Shown here: positions 27,653 to 41,747 of the stretch, piece by piece
Numbering within the stretch: position 1 is the first letter of the stretch
How the letters are laid out: each line of letters begins with the position of its first letter
Assembly: GCF_006345805.1 (NCBI RefSeq)
Contig: NC_042998.1
Span: 202,554,001-202,618,000, forward strand
Direction: 5' to 3'
DNA: 64,000 bases
Origin: Octopus sinensis
Taxonomy: Eukaryota
Notes under the pieces: generated by a model
The model's input: only the letters and a program-made list of their open reading frames with translations
Database searches by the model: none
Told to the model about the DNA's origin: nothing
Position numbers and translations under genes: made by a program

Positions 27653-29225
27653 CGTATATATATACATATATATACATATATATATGCATGTATGTATGTA
27701 TGAATGCATGTGTATATGACCTAGAACACATACACATGAATATGTTTACGAAATATGCTCTCACTTACACGGTTACATACACACATAGTTACATACACAT
27801 AATTCACCCATACAACACTTCTCTCCGCTTTCCTATATTTATTTCAATTATCTCCAAATTTAGTTCTTGTGGTTGCAAACCACCTGTCTACACACTTTCG
27901 ATCTTCCCATTTCTGGTTTTCTATTCGCCAACCTATTTTAATAAAATCAACAAACTTTTTCCCACTTATGGCCTTTTCTTTTGGCTTTCAAAACCTTAGC
28001 TCCAGTTGAGTTGAATTCATAACATACCATCATTCCCTAATGGAAAGAATTTACTAAAATTACGCTGTTTATTCTGAACTATTGCTTTCAGCCATTGAAC
28101 TGCAGCTATGCTAGAGAAACTACTTAAAATGTTTTTAGATGTCGACACTAGTACTTATTTTAGCATGATACATACTTATCTCGTTTTCTTTGTATCGAAT
28201 GGTTAAACTATCTGTTTGACATAAGTGCTGCAACTGCACATGATAGAGATTCTTGGTTAGCATAGATGCGGACAAACTAAGAGAGATTAGTCTACAATCA
28301 AGGACTCACTGTATTAATAACAGTTCCAAAAACAAAGTCGGGAACATTTGTACTTTCCCTGTGCTTACAATCAAATTACAAACTATATACCGAACACGCA
28401 GTAGAATTGAACCCACATCCTGTGTGTTATAATATGGATTCAATTTCTCGGAGAGATTTCCATAACGTGATTCTGTGTTCACTTCCTTAAATAATTACTC
28501 TGGTGAATAATTTATTTAAATATTCATTACAAAGAAGGCCGTATAGAGTGAATAAAGAAAACAAGTTGCCGTTGCTGTGCAGTTAGAAATATAATAATTC
28601 GCTAATATTTGGGAAGAGGAGTTCAAGAACACAATAAATCCTTGACTTAGAATTTATTTTAAAGTCGCCCCCACTTTCGGTTTCATTATCCCGCAACCCG
28701 ACACCATCGTTATCTCTCTTGAGTGTCATTTAAATAGACTACAATTACAATGAATTGCATATTCTCATGTTGTAAAGGCTGCAGTTCAAGATGTCTGTTT
28801 CGGGCAAGCCAAGGCTGTTTTGCAAATTCACGTTAACTGCGACCTCAATCCTCTTGTGAGAATAGGTTTCAGTGTTACATTATCACTTCGTGCAACAACC
28901 CCAACTAATATCAGTCATTTATATAGCAGCCAGAAACACACCCTACTGTTTAAAAACGGGAGAAAATGGGTAATATTGTATTAGATAATATGATGTTCGA
29001 ATAAATGATCTGACGGTCACGGATGAACGGTTTTGATTACAGTTCGATTTATGGAGCTGACAAACAACAGCAAAGTCAATAAAATGAATGCCCTTTTTGA
29101 CTTCATGAAAACTTAGTATAGTTAACCAAGAGCGGCCAACATTTTATTAGATAATCGAAATAAATATTTCGTTCGTGATCCAATACTAAACAAACATTTT
29201 AACGATTGTAAACAAGTCAAAGCAT

Positions 29226-29641
29226 TTAACTCTTTAACTTGTTTCAGTCATTTGACTGCGGCCATGCTGGAACACCGCCTTTAGTTGAGCAACTCGACCC
29301 CGGGACTTATTCTTTGTAAGCCCAGTACTTATTCTACCGGTTTCTTTTGCCGAACCGCTAAGTGACGGGGACATAAACACACCAACATCGGTTGTCAAGC
29401 AATGCTAGGGGGACAAACACAGACACACAAACACACACGCACACACACACATATATATATATATATACATATATGCGACGGGCTTCTTTCAGTTTCCGTC
29501 TACCATATCCACTCACAAGGCTTTGGTCGGCCCGAGGCTATAGTAAAAAACACTTGCCCAAGGTGCCACGCAGTGGGACTGAACCCGGAACCATGTTGTT
29601 GGTAAGCAAGCTACTTACCACACAGCCACTCCTGCGCCTAT
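29226..29641 (-). mobile_element. SINE family A, full length
   Basis: Near-identical to 5685-6104. Confidence 0.92.
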
Positions 29642-30560
29642 TTGTATACAAATATAGTAAACATTTCGATATATCTTGCATTCGTAGTTATTAAAACTTA
29701 CATTTGAAGTAACTTTAAAGTATTTAATGTTATCATATTTTCCTACGTATGTGCTTAACGTTTCAATATATTTCGCACAACTAACTATTATAGCTACTAA
29801 TATCTGGTAGACATTATGTTGTGGTAGACAGTTGAAAAGCTGTCGCATATTCCTTTTACACGTGAACATCATTTAGACGTTTTTGTGTAACTCCTATTGT
29901 AAGCAACAATATCAGAAAATGATGTTAGGAGCTGAATGCCTCTCATACTACTCATTATTATAATCACAAACATCAAAAACATATTCCTGCTATGTACTTA
30001 TGGATGTGAAAACACTTCAATTGGATTTAGTCTTTTTTATTTATACGATTTCAGTATTCGAATAACCAGAGCACATGCAGCTCATGTCACGTTAAATGGA
30101 ATTTAATTGCGTAGTTAATATCTGAAAATTTTGCTAAATAAACACAATTTTGGATTTTAAGATGCATTTCGTTTATGTTGCTTAGTAACGGCTTAATGCA
30201 GAAATCACTTCCTACTTTCAGTGGTTTCTAACACATCAAACCGGTTACTCGAGTAATGAATCGAGCAAACATACGTCATATCTAATAATGAGCAGTTGGA
30301 TATGTGATGATTGCAAATGAATGATATCATACACTCTGAATAAAATATTCTACAAAGCTGTATCCTACAAAAAATGACTGACTGCAATCATAAACATATA
30401 GGAAAAAGCCGCCGCTTAAAAGTGCAAAATGTGCACCAATACTATGTGGCAAACATGAAAAGTATTTTCCCAATTTTTGCCTTACATTCTTGGAATGCCG
30501 CTAAGCATTTCGCTCGGTGTGCTATCGATTCTACCAGCACGTCACCTTTAAATAAAAATA

Positions 30561-30808
30561 GATGCGCCCTTTTAAAGCCTAGCCAGGCTCATGGGCCTGG
30601 TTTCCCGGTTTCTATGGCTTATGTGTTCCCCAGCTGGACAAGACTCGAATCCATCGCAGCGTTACTCATTTTTGCAAGCTGAGTGGACTGTAGCAACGTG
30701 AAATGAAGTGTTTTGCTCAAGAACACAACGCGTCGCCCGGTCCAGAAATCGAAACCACAATCTTAAGATCATGGTACTGACACCCTAACCACTAAGCGAC
30801 GCGCCTCC
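30561..30808 (-). mobile_element. CORE-type tRNA SINE with tail T2
   Basis: GGAGGCGCGTCGCTTAGTGGTTAGGG head; TTGTGTTCTTGAGCAAAACACTTCATTTCACG CORE-like block; then CTGCGATGGA...GAAACCGGGAAACCAGGCCCATGAGCC. Confidence 0.8.
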
Positions 30809-32382
30809 TCCTTAGATTGATGCAAAAACCACATAGATTTATCCATTTGTGAATGCATATTTATATGTGTATGTACAAGTATGTGTGTATACAATGTATG
30901 CGTGTATATCCTTACGCATTTACGTGTTTTGAACTATTGTGTGCGTGTATATGAACGTGTTTAATCCATTCATTCATATACTGTGAACTTTCCCTAAACT
31001 GTACTAATAAGAAAAGCAGGTATCTGTTATAACCCATTGTAGAAGTTAACCTTTGGTAATGACTAACATTTGAAGCAGAGTCATGGTTCAGTGCTAATTC
31101 ATACTTTTTAACAAAACTTTACAGAGACATGCTTTCGAGGATGCAATCACAAATTTTCTTGACACAAATTTAAAACAAAAAAAAACATTATTATTGTTTC
31201 CTTTATTGTTTCAAACAGAACATAAACCCACGCATCACCAATCATTCTACAACTTGCTATTGATCATAACATAACATAATGGCATCAGATTTGAGAAATG
31301 GGTACAATGCAGACTATCAGCCAGAATACTTTCAGTTTGTATTATAAGACAATAACACGGAAAATTTTCCATCATGCTCTCAAATTCTTATTGATAATGA
31401 ATAACATCCATCAGGATAATTGCATACATTTTTTATATTGTACAGAGCTATTGAATAGTCAAAGATATACGGATTCATTCAACTTCCGAAAAAAACAAAT
31501 CATCAATATAACAGCCCTCCACACATCCCAAAACACACCTCCGCATAATTTCATTAAACCTATTAATAATTGATCCATCTGCCTGTTGGTATTTTAGAAC
31601 TATCATCAAGCCGTCTGACAAAATTTTCATCGTTATTTCTTCCGGTTCTTTGTGTTCAAATCTTGTCAGGGGTGTACTTCGTTTTTTTCCCCCTTCTAGA
31701 CTAACTACTTCCATCGAGTTGTTTTTTTTTATTTTCTGGTTTTATGGCTATTTTAGAAATATCTAACACAGAAATTTTGAGAACTTTCATGAGTTGATAT
31801 ATACAGTCTGCAATTTTCCAGATGGACGATTAAAAAGCGCTGAACGCAATAAACAGTATCAAAATTATAGAGGATACTGTACACGTCATACAACAATTTA
31901 AATCAATTTCACTTACCTGTGATAAGCGACAGAAACGTTTGATATAACTGCTTCCAGATAATGGGTTTGCTTAAGAATATTAGATTAGTATATTGTCTTT
32001 GTAATCGGTATTATACTTTGTTTAGAACATTCTTGATCTGAACTCGTGTGCTGAAACAAAATTTGTTGTGCCTTAGGAGGGTCATCATGCCAATAATTTT
32101 ACACGCTATGATTAAATATCTATTCAACTAACTAACGGAACGTTTGTTTAATGTGCTGGGGCAACCGATTGATTGTTTAACCAACATTACACAAACTCAT
32201 TGCCTTGAGTATCTTCTATGAAGGTACAAACCTGAATATTGCTGAATTTAGGTTTTAAGTCCTAATGCTCGTGTATGTTTCTTTCCTTGTCCTCTTCTAT
32301 AGCTATGATATTATTATTCAAATAATTTTATGGGTATAGTCGTTTGAAAACTATAGTTAAACCTATATCCGCTGGTTGGATC

Positions 32383-32614
32383 TGTTTCTTTATTGCCCAC
32401 AAGGGGCTAAACATAGAGGGGACAAACAAGGACGGACAAACGGATTAAGTCGATTACATCGACCCCAGTGCGTAACTGGTACTTAATTTATCGACCGCGA
32501 AAGGATGAAAGGCAAAGTCGACCTCGGCGGAATTTGAACTCAGAACGTAACTGCAGACGAAATACGGCTACGCATTTCGCCCGGCGTGCTAACGGTTCTG
32601 CCAGCTCGCCGCCT
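32383..32614 (-). mobile_element. SINE family C, young copy, 13-bp TSD
   Basis: TSD CGCTGGTTGGATC at 32370-32382 and 32618-32630. Confidence 0.93.
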
Positions 32615-33600
32615 ATTCGCTGGTTGGATCATACACGTAGCACTTAATGGTTAGAGCATACATTATTTTAACATCATTACTGCCAAGTTAGTGATTACCT
32701 GGACAATAAGGTAATTGGATACATTGTCCAAATCTAATTGTACCTCCATCTCACCAACAGCTATTCTTCCTAGTATTTACGCACTTCAGATAATTTCTCT
32801 TTAAATATCTATGTTAAACTAGGATTTATTGCTATGGCCATAATGCACTGGCAGCTGGTGCATTATGTCCTTCAAAACTTGCTGGTGTGCTGGTATTCTT
32901 ACCGTTGCTAATTTTAAAAAGCGCAAGCCACCTGCTGTCGCACAGCACAACAAACTTCCCTTAATTTTCGACCAGGTATGGAGGCGTCATTCTTATATAG
33001 TCAGGTATTCCGAGATAGTGACCACCTTTACAATCCAGTTTAATCTCAATTATACCCTTTGGAATTTAGAAGCCATTCCCATTTCCTTAAATCATTAATC
33101 TCTTCCTGAATGATTGGATTTCTGCTGTTGGTGTGTTACCATGGATTATCCCATTATTCATTCTACGGCGATTTCTAAATCACAATGGCAACCCGACGCT
33201 AGCTTAAAAATCCTTGATGCTCACATATCTCAATAGATAGTCAAAATCGTTTTGAATCGCTGTGGCATGGATGTCGTACCACAGAATGGATAAACCACTT
33301 CATCACAACCTCTTCTTCATTCCAGCTGTAAAGGATTTAGCATTTGCATGAACATTACATTCCAGTTAATGAGATTGCGCTTAACTTCGCGTATACTCGA
33401 GCCGTTTGCTTCTTAATACCAGTTTTTAACTATTTTTTTATAACTTTCAGTATTCGGTCTGCAGATAGTGTCATATAAACTCTCCTTCGATGCTATGTTA
33501 TAAAATACAAGACTGAAAATGCCTATTGAGACAAATGGTAATAAAAATTGTAGTGTAACTCAATTTGAGCTATATTCCGCACGGTGGTATTTTTCAGAGT

Positions 33601-34157
33601 GTGGAGGCGCAATGGCCCAGTGGTTAGGGCAGCGGACTCGCGGTCATAGGATCGCGGTTTCGATTCCCAGACCGGGCGTTGTGAGTGTTTATTGAGCGAA
33701 AACACCTAAAGCTCCACGATGCTCTGGCAGGGGATGGTGGTGGTCCCTGCTGTACTCTTTCTTTTTGTTACCAGTGGAGGCGCAATGGCCTAGTGGTTAG
33801 GGCAGCGGACTCACGGTCGCAGGATCGCGGTTTCGATTCCCAGACCGGGCGTTGTGAGTGTTTATTGAGCGAAAACACCTAGAAGCTCCACGAGGTTCCG
33901 GCAGGGGATGGTGGTGATCCCTGCTGTACTCTTTCACCACAACTTTCACTCACTCTTACTTCCTGTTTCTGCTGTACCTGTATTTCAAGGGACCGGCCTT
34001 GTCACTCTCTGTGTCACGCTGAATATCCCAAAGAACTACGTTAAGGGTGCACGTGTCTGTGGAGTGCTCAGCCACTTACACGTTAATTTCACGAGCAGGC
34101 TGTTCCGTTGATCGGATCAACCGGAACCCTCGTCGTCGTAACCGACGGAGTGCTTCC
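33601..34157 (+). mobile_element. Composite family B SINE: truncated copy (33601-33760) plus full T1 copy (33773-34157)
   Basis: Two GTGGAGGCGCAATGGCC heads; ATTTTTCAGA flanks the whole composite on both sides. Confidence 0.92.
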
Positions 34158-36639
34158 ACCATTTTTCAGATTGTACTCTACTAATCAGCTGGACTTACTA
34201 TCCTGCTATAGTATATAATTCAACGAGAAACACACATTTTTGGATGGGTTTTATCTTACTTAATACCGTCTTCTGAAAGTGTCATAGAAGATTTGAAAAC
34301 AAATTACTGTCAGATTATACCATCATATTACAAGAACAGAAATATTATAAAGATCTGCTTCGGTTAAATTTCCAATGAGTTTCTCACTCCGAAAACATAG
34401 TGTTTATTAGAGAGGGTTAAAAAGAAAGGGTAATTCATGTACAGGTAACAGGATAAATTTAGACAGAGAGAAACAGCAAAAGGAGGAATTCAGTGAATTC
34501 ACATAGTAAAGAATGAAAGGCTTCTGAGGTGGGTGAGGTGAGTATGGTTATCTTGGAACTAATATCATGTTATTTTATGACAGGGAACAGAAAAATTAGT
34601 TTCTCACTGTGACCCATGATTATATTAATTTATAATCTTGACATTTTTAATGAATTTAACAGCTTAAGTGTAAAGTACTCTAATAGGACAACCATAATAT
34701 GCGCATTTATAAATTGATCCCCAAACATGGCGGCGGAAGTCAAAACGGATTTTTATTTTCTGAACTCATATTTTGTCCATTTATCCTATATCTACCTCGA
34801 CGGGGTTCGGTCCAACCTGTGTTATAATTAATATAATTACTGTCATATATATATACATATATATATATATATGTACATGTATGTGTGTGTGTGTGTATGG
34901 AGGTATATTGACTTCGCTGCAGGATTTAGATTAGATTGATTAATTCATCAGAAGGTTAGCTTGAAATGTAATAACATTAACGAATTGATAAGATAAAAAG
35001 TTCGGTATAGTTTTTTGTTTTTTTTTTACTCAAGCTTAAGTTTAAAACTGAATTTGAAAGCGAAAACATATTACCTCACGAAAATTTGTATCTTATCATA
35101 ATTCCACCTCCGCAATCCCAGATCAAAAATGGAAAGTTCCCCGTACGGGTAACTGTAGCTGCGAGTCGCAGCAACCTAGAGAGCTCGAATTTATTTCGAC
35201 ATGTCCTTTATGTTTAGAGTAACGATGAAGCCAGGGTAGTTCGGCGACGAATCCTGATTTTTAAATTTAGCCAAAATAACGAAAACGTTTCAGCGGTGGA
35301 ACCTTATTAGAACTGCGGCGATCATCCTGTAGATTAGATTCACAACATCATCATAGAATCCCCAGACGGTCGATGAATGCCATCGATGGCAAGGTCACTG
35401 TGTCAAGCCCACAAACAAATGCGATAAGGAAAAAGCAGCTGGTCTCGCAGAGACAAGAAAAAAACCCAATGAACATGTAACCCCAACATCTTATGTACTT
35501 CTAGCTCTCCCGGAGAGAACTTATTGCACTGTTGCGTCTACGAGGTTGTCAGAACCCAGGTACCGCTGATGATGCTGTCGTGAGCCTGTTGGGTGACAGC
35601 ATTGTGGATACCTGATCCTAGCTTTCAGTGACATGCGGTGCTGCACCAGGACATCAGTGGTATTAAGAGCAGTCTTGTTGCATGAGCTCTTTAGTAGCTA
35701 TATCTAGTTGAAATTGTATGCGGTGTTTGTCGTGATTATGTTGGAGTTTCTGTTTACTGTCTTCTTTTCCTTGAGCTTGTGTGCTCTCGGTTGCTTGGCG
35801 CACTTTCTATGCACATATGTACACACCAACACACACAGAAACACTTGTACATATATACATACAAAGAAATAAAGAGAGAAAGAGAGAGAGAGAGAGAAAT
35901 GGACAAACAGGTAGAGAGAGAGAGAGAGTCACACAGTGAGAAAAGAAGAGAGGTGAAAATTAATGAAAGAGTGCTTTCGTTACTGAAATGTCCATTTCAG
36001 TGATTTTTTGATTCTTGAATGTGTCTCCCCTTCTCACCCAGTGTTGTGCAAACTTACTACCGTCTCTTTGTTTATCACCTCCAGAACCGAAGATAATTTC
36101 AATAAATCAAGAATTTATCTTGTATGGTATTTAATATGACTTTATTGGCCTTTGTTTCTTAAAACTGTTCCTTCTGGTCACAATGATTTATCTCTCCAAG
36201 TTCAGTTTTCTTTATATGTGTGTGACTGCAGGCGCGTACGTGTTCGTGTGTTTCTATAAGTGTGTGACTGTGTGTGTACTTGCTTACGTGTAAATGTACG
36301 TCGTGTATCAAATTACATTATGGAAGAACAGCTCGGGTAAAAAAAAATAATAGATCAAAGTATAATACTCTATCGCAAACCACACTCACTCGTTATCAAC
36401 TCTCTTCAACTAAATGTTTTACTGGAGTGTAAAAACACTGCATAGGAACAGTGCAGCAGAGTCGAAAGGACATGGGCAAACCTGCAAGAAACAGATGTAA
36501 AATTGCCTCAAACAACAACCCTTCGCTTAAGAAGGTAAGACAGTTTTTTCCTTCACAGAAATACAAGAAAACGTGTTTGTTTTGTTTCAAATGCTTTTGA
36601 CGATAGACTATTCTCAATCAGAAGAGACCCAGAATAGAA

Positions 36640-37031
36640 TAGAAATTGCTGCTGTTGCTGCTTTTGCTGTTGCTGTTGAGCGAACGGTCTTCGTCCCAGA
36701 GCTCGCAAAATGGGAGAAGTGCGAAACGTGGTCCTTTGCTATTCGTAATACCCGCAGAAGAGAAAGCAGGTCAACCCTCGACACAGAGAGCATCGACGGA
36801 TCGATGAATGCGCATCCAGGCTCAGCGGTTGCGTAGGAAGTCGGGAACAAGAAACAGGAAGAAAGACTGAGAGAAGGTTGGAGCGAAAGAGTACAACAGG
36901 GTCGTCACCCACCCCCAAAGCTTTAGGTGTTTTCGCTCTATAAACACACACAACGCCCGGTCTGGGAATCGAAACCGCGATCTTCCGACCGCTAGTTCGC
37001 TGCCCTAACAACTGGGCCATTGCGCCTCCAC
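36640..37031 (-). mobile_element. SINE family B head/body with a unique tail T5
   Basis: B head and body, then CCGACTTCCTACGCAACCGCTGAGCC...GGACGAAGACCGTTCGCTCAACAGCAACAGC. Confidence 0.8.
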
Positions 37032-38795
37032 TGCTTCTGCTGCTACTACTACTACTACTTCAGTTGCTGCTGCTGCTACTACAAATAAACTTTTTCATTC
37101 TGACATATTACTTACTCTACCTACTGAGGTCGTATATATTCTTGTGATATTACATCTATAACATTCTGTTTTGTTAATACATCACTGCAACTTAATTATT
37201 AATCAGCTTTTGGCGATATAACGGCTTCAGCTAGTTAAATTAATATTAGCCATTGTTGTAAGTCATAATATTTTCTGTTTCAAACTTCATAGTTTTAATT
37301 AATGTAAAATAAAAAATTATGATTTAAACATATTTTTTCTTTACTGAAATGAATTTTTAAATCGGCAATTACATTTTCAGAGGAAATTGTTTTTCATAAA
37401 TTTAAATAACTACCTTTGAAAAAGAAAAAAATATAAATAAAATTATAATAGTTACCTCAAGTAGTGGTTTACCACACACGTATACACATAAATGCACTCT
37501 CACACACACATTTCGAATTTTCTTCGTGAATAGATGTAATGATTGTAGCGTGTCGAAAGCAGTTAGAATCAGTTTTATGGAATATGGCTTTTCTCTGTCC
37601 GCTCAGATAACTGATTGTAGTATTGTGTTCCCAGTTTTATATTTAAGTCAAATCTCAATTTTCTCTCGTTTTCCATTTTATATCCTTACTTTCATTTATA
37701 TTTTTGTTTATATCTCTACGTGTGAGTGTGCATGAGTGTTTTTGGTGTATTTTTGTTTTCTCTTGCCTGTTATTTTATATCGAATACTTCACTTTAACTT
37801 CATCTTCCACGCCCATTAACTTAACATACTACCATGTACTCACGTCTCAGTTCTGATTCACACAAAGTAGAGAAAATATAATCCCATTACTTCTCGTCGA
37901 CTGTGAATATTTTATTCGAAACTCTCATGGGGTTTGATTTGGTTTCGGTGAAATATTTAATGGTGTCGCTATTGTAGTGAAACAAACAAAATATTTATAC
38001 TTTGCAATAGATTAGAATTGGTGTAAATGTGGCTGAAACTATACAAGAATGTCTTGTTTAAAGTCAATTCAAAGAAGAAATACAAGAATGACAAAGGTTG
38101 GTGAACTGTCAACTCATTCTCAGAAAAAAAATCTTACTTTAAAATTTAATCACATTTATGCTGTTACAAGAATTTGAACGGGGTTTCTAGTGTCAGAATA
38201 AGAGCTTTTCTTTCTTCTACGCAGTCTTGTAGAAACTTAAAGAAGCCATGACTTCTGCACTTCCTCTGTGAATTAGATAATGAATAAACATAGTAAACTT
38301 TAAGATAGTTAATAAATTTAAATCTAATACTTTTTAAAAGTTATATATGTGCATATACAAGTATATAGGTTTGTAATAGTATGTGTATGTGTGTGTGTTG
38401 GAGTGTATGTATGTGTGTGTGTGTGTGTGTGTATGCATGTATTTGTGTGTGTGGCTAGAATATATATATATAATTATAACAATAATTATGTGTTTAGCAA
38501 CAAGTTACTTCACATTTTGTATAAGTTTTTACCGAATATGGTTCTTTTCCATACGGAATCTACTTTGGTAAAATTTGTTAATTTATTAAGTTAATAATTT
38601 TTTACCCTATATCTGTAATATATATATGTATACTTGGAAATGGATACGTGGCGTTTAATCATATAATAATATAAATAATATATATATATATATGTACATA
38701 CTTGCATATATATGTGTGTGTGTATGTATATATATATATATATATATATATGTACATACTTACATATATATGTGTGTGTGTATGTATATATATAT

Positions 38796-38838
<43 letters not shown>

Positions 38839-38848
38839 TACTTACATA

Positions 38849-38901
<53 letters not shown>

Positions 38902-39049
38902 GTACATACATATATGTGTGTATATATATATATATATAGATATGTACATACTTACATATATATGTGTATATATATATATGTACATACTTACATATATATG
39001 TGTATATATATATATATATGTACATACTTACATATATATGTGTGTATGT

Positions 39050-40585
39050 ATGTATTTATAGGTACAGGACGTCACAAAACATAAACATCATGAAATACGA
39101 AAATAACAAGAACTACAAAACTATGGAATACGAACTTTTGTATGCGAACACCGAAAAAAAAGCAAATGGAAAACAAGAGAAGTAGCATAAAGAACGGCCT
39201 TTCATAAGTTGTTGGCTGTTTTCCTACTCCACATTTCTAACAATCCACGACAAGATGCGCCTTCGAGAAAACAGTTGCTCTCGCCAACCAAGATTAAATT
39301 TGGGAATTGCGGAGAGTCAAAGTTGGTAACAAAAACAGGACAGTGAAAACAAAACTGAAAACAAAATGTGAGGGCTGCTGAGCCATACAAGGTAAGGTGA
39401 CGAACGCTGGAGGAAGAAGCTTTGACAGAAGAAAAGGTAGGGGAGGAGACAGACAAGAATGCGTCTGATTTGAGCCGGCAAACCGAAAGAAAATAAAGAT
39501 GATCAAATGAGGAAAAGAGAAATGTCCGATGGTCACGTGTGAGCAACGAGAGAGTAAAGGAGGAAGAGTGAGAAAAAGAGGGGCAGATAGAAAAACGGTG
39601 AAGAGGAGAAAGAAATTAGAGAATGGAAGAGAGAGAAAATGAAAGGGGAGAGAAAGAGAACTGTACAGGCTAGAGTCGCATCTAAATTATTAAGATAGAC
39701 ATACAAATGACCACACGTGACCATCGGACATTTCTCTTTTCATCGATCATCTTTCTTTTCTTTCGGTGTGCCGCTCAAATCAGACGCATTCTTGTCTGTC
39801 TCCTCCCCTACCTTTTCTCCTGTCAAAGCTTCTTCCTCCAGCGTTCGTCACCTTACCTTGTATGGCTCAGCAGCCCTCACTGTTTGTTTTCAGTTTTGTT
39901 TTCACTGTCCTGTTTTTGTTACTAGTGGAGGCGCAATGGCCTAGTGGTTAGGGCAGCGGACTCACGGTCGCAGGATCGCGGTTTCGATTCCCAGACCGGG
40001 CGTTGTGAGTGTTTATTGAGCGAAAACACCTAGAAGCTCCACGAGGTTCCGGCAGGGGATGGTGGTGATCCCTGCTGTACTCTTTCACCACAACTTTCAC
40101 TCACTCTTACTTCCTGTTTCTGTTGTACCTGTATTTCAAGGGACCGGCCTTGTCACTCTCTGTGTCACGCTGAATATCCCAAAGAACTACGTTAAGGGTG
40201 CACGTGTCTGTGGAGTGCTCAGCCACTTACACGTTAATTTCACGAGCAGGCTGTTCCGTTGATTCAGATCAACCGGAACCCTCATCGTCGTAACCGACGG
40301 AGTGCTTCCATTTTGTTACCAAATTTGACCCGCCACAATTCCCAAATTTTATTTTGGTTGGCGGGAACAACTGTTTTCTCGAAGGCACATCTTGTGAATT
40401 GTTAGAAACGTGGTGTAGAAAAACAGCCGACAACTGATGAAGGGTCGTTCTTTATGTTACTTGTCTTGTTTCCCATTTTTTTCGTTGTTTTATCTTACAA
40501 AAGTTCGTATTCCATGGTTTTGTAGTTCTTGTTTTTTTCGTATTTCATTCTGTTTACGTTTTGTGACGTCCTATACCTATAAATG
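39050..40585. repeat. ~490-bp inverted repeat pair (39050-39542 and 39712-40585), right arm split by a SINE; Penelope-type terminal-repeat-like
   Basis: GACGTCACAAAAC...GGTCACGTGTG is mirrored by CACACGTGACC...GTTTTGTGACGTC. Confidence 0.9.
39924..40310 (+). mobile_element. SINE family B with tail T1, TSD TTTTGTTAC
   Basis: Inserted in the right arm of the inverted repeat; the empty site is visible in the left arm (rc CCTGTTTTTGTTACCAA). Confidence 0.95.
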
Positions 40586-40696
40586 CATATATATACATAT
40601 ATATGTAAGTATGTACATATATGTATGTATAAATGCATATATATTTTATATAAATATTATTTATATACTATTTATATACTATATATATATATATAC

Positions 40697-40753
<57 letters not shown>

Positions 40754-41372
40754 AGTATTCTAATAAGTAGGAAATGCCTTATACATACACATCTACATAC
40801 ACACGTATATGTCTACATACTTGCATACATGCAGACATCCGTACATGCAGTGTGCGTAACTTTTGCAATGTATTATGGATCACAAAGCCTGAGTATGATT
40901 CAGGAAGTCTGGGCAGCAAGTTCAATTTGCGGTATATGATCGATGTTGTTGTGAAGCCTCGGGTCCCTTCTGAGTTTTACGATATGCAGGTTAGAAACCA
41001 AAGCACGAGAAACGACCTGTGCAAGTATTGTTCGGGTTATGAGAGATATTCCCTAATAAGAGGTAAACTCGTTGCTACATAATGTTTTGTAGATATTTTG
41101 AATAAGTTATTCTCCAACTATGAAGAGTTAACTTATATTTTGAAATATGTTATTAGCTGCGATACAGATAAATGTGTAGTCAACACGGAAGGTTATAGAG
41201 ACAAGATATTTTACCTTGCTAAGTGTAGTGGAATATAGTATTAGAAATATATTCTTTGTTTTGGGGTAATTAGTAACTGTATAGTTGTGTTAGCGAAGAA
41301 ATCTAAGTTGTCATGTATACATTGAATAATCTTTCGATATAATAGTAAACAGGGGCTTCCAACCTTACTGGG

Positions 41373-41747
41373 AAGCACTCCGTCGGTTACGACGACGAGG
41401 GTTCCGGTTGATCCGAATCAACGGAACAGTCTCCTCGTGAAATTAACGTGTAAGTGGCTGAGCACTCCACAGACACGTGTACCCTTAACGTAGTTCTCAG
41501 GGATATTCAGCGTGACACAGAGAGTGACAAGGCCGGCCCTTTGAAATACAGGTACAACAGAAACAGGAAGTAAGAGTGAGAGAAAGTTGTGGTGAAAGAG
41601 TACAGCAGGGATCACCACCATCCCCTGCCGGAGCCTCGTGGAGCTTTAGGTGTTTTCGCTCAATAAACACTCACAGTCTGGGAATCGAAACCGCGATCCT
41701 ATGACCGCGAGTCCGCTGCCCTAACCACTGGGCCATTGCGCCTCCAC
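41373..41747 (-). mobile_element. SINE family B with tail T1
   Basis: Reverse complement of the 39924 copy, with a short deletion in the head. Confidence 0.92.

Noticed and set aside
31917-31969. NPLSGSSYI peptide resembling a Polinton/adintovirus PolB motif
   Set aside because: Only about 8 residues match and flanking frames have stops with no further PolB motifs.
32700-33520. Possible LINE RT remnant (YLGIP on the minus strand)
   Set aside because: A single short motif; I could not assemble ordered RT motifs by eye. It needs tblastx.
33601-33680. tRNA-like sequences with A and B boxes (also at other SINE heads)
   Set aside because: They run directly into SINE bodies and lack a proper cloverleaf 3' acceptor strand, so they are SINE heads rather than tRNA genes.
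33908-34111. Recurrent ORF MVVIPAVLFHHNF... (also 27160, 40059, 41418, 42469, 44569)
   Set aside because: An incidental reading frame within family B SINEs.
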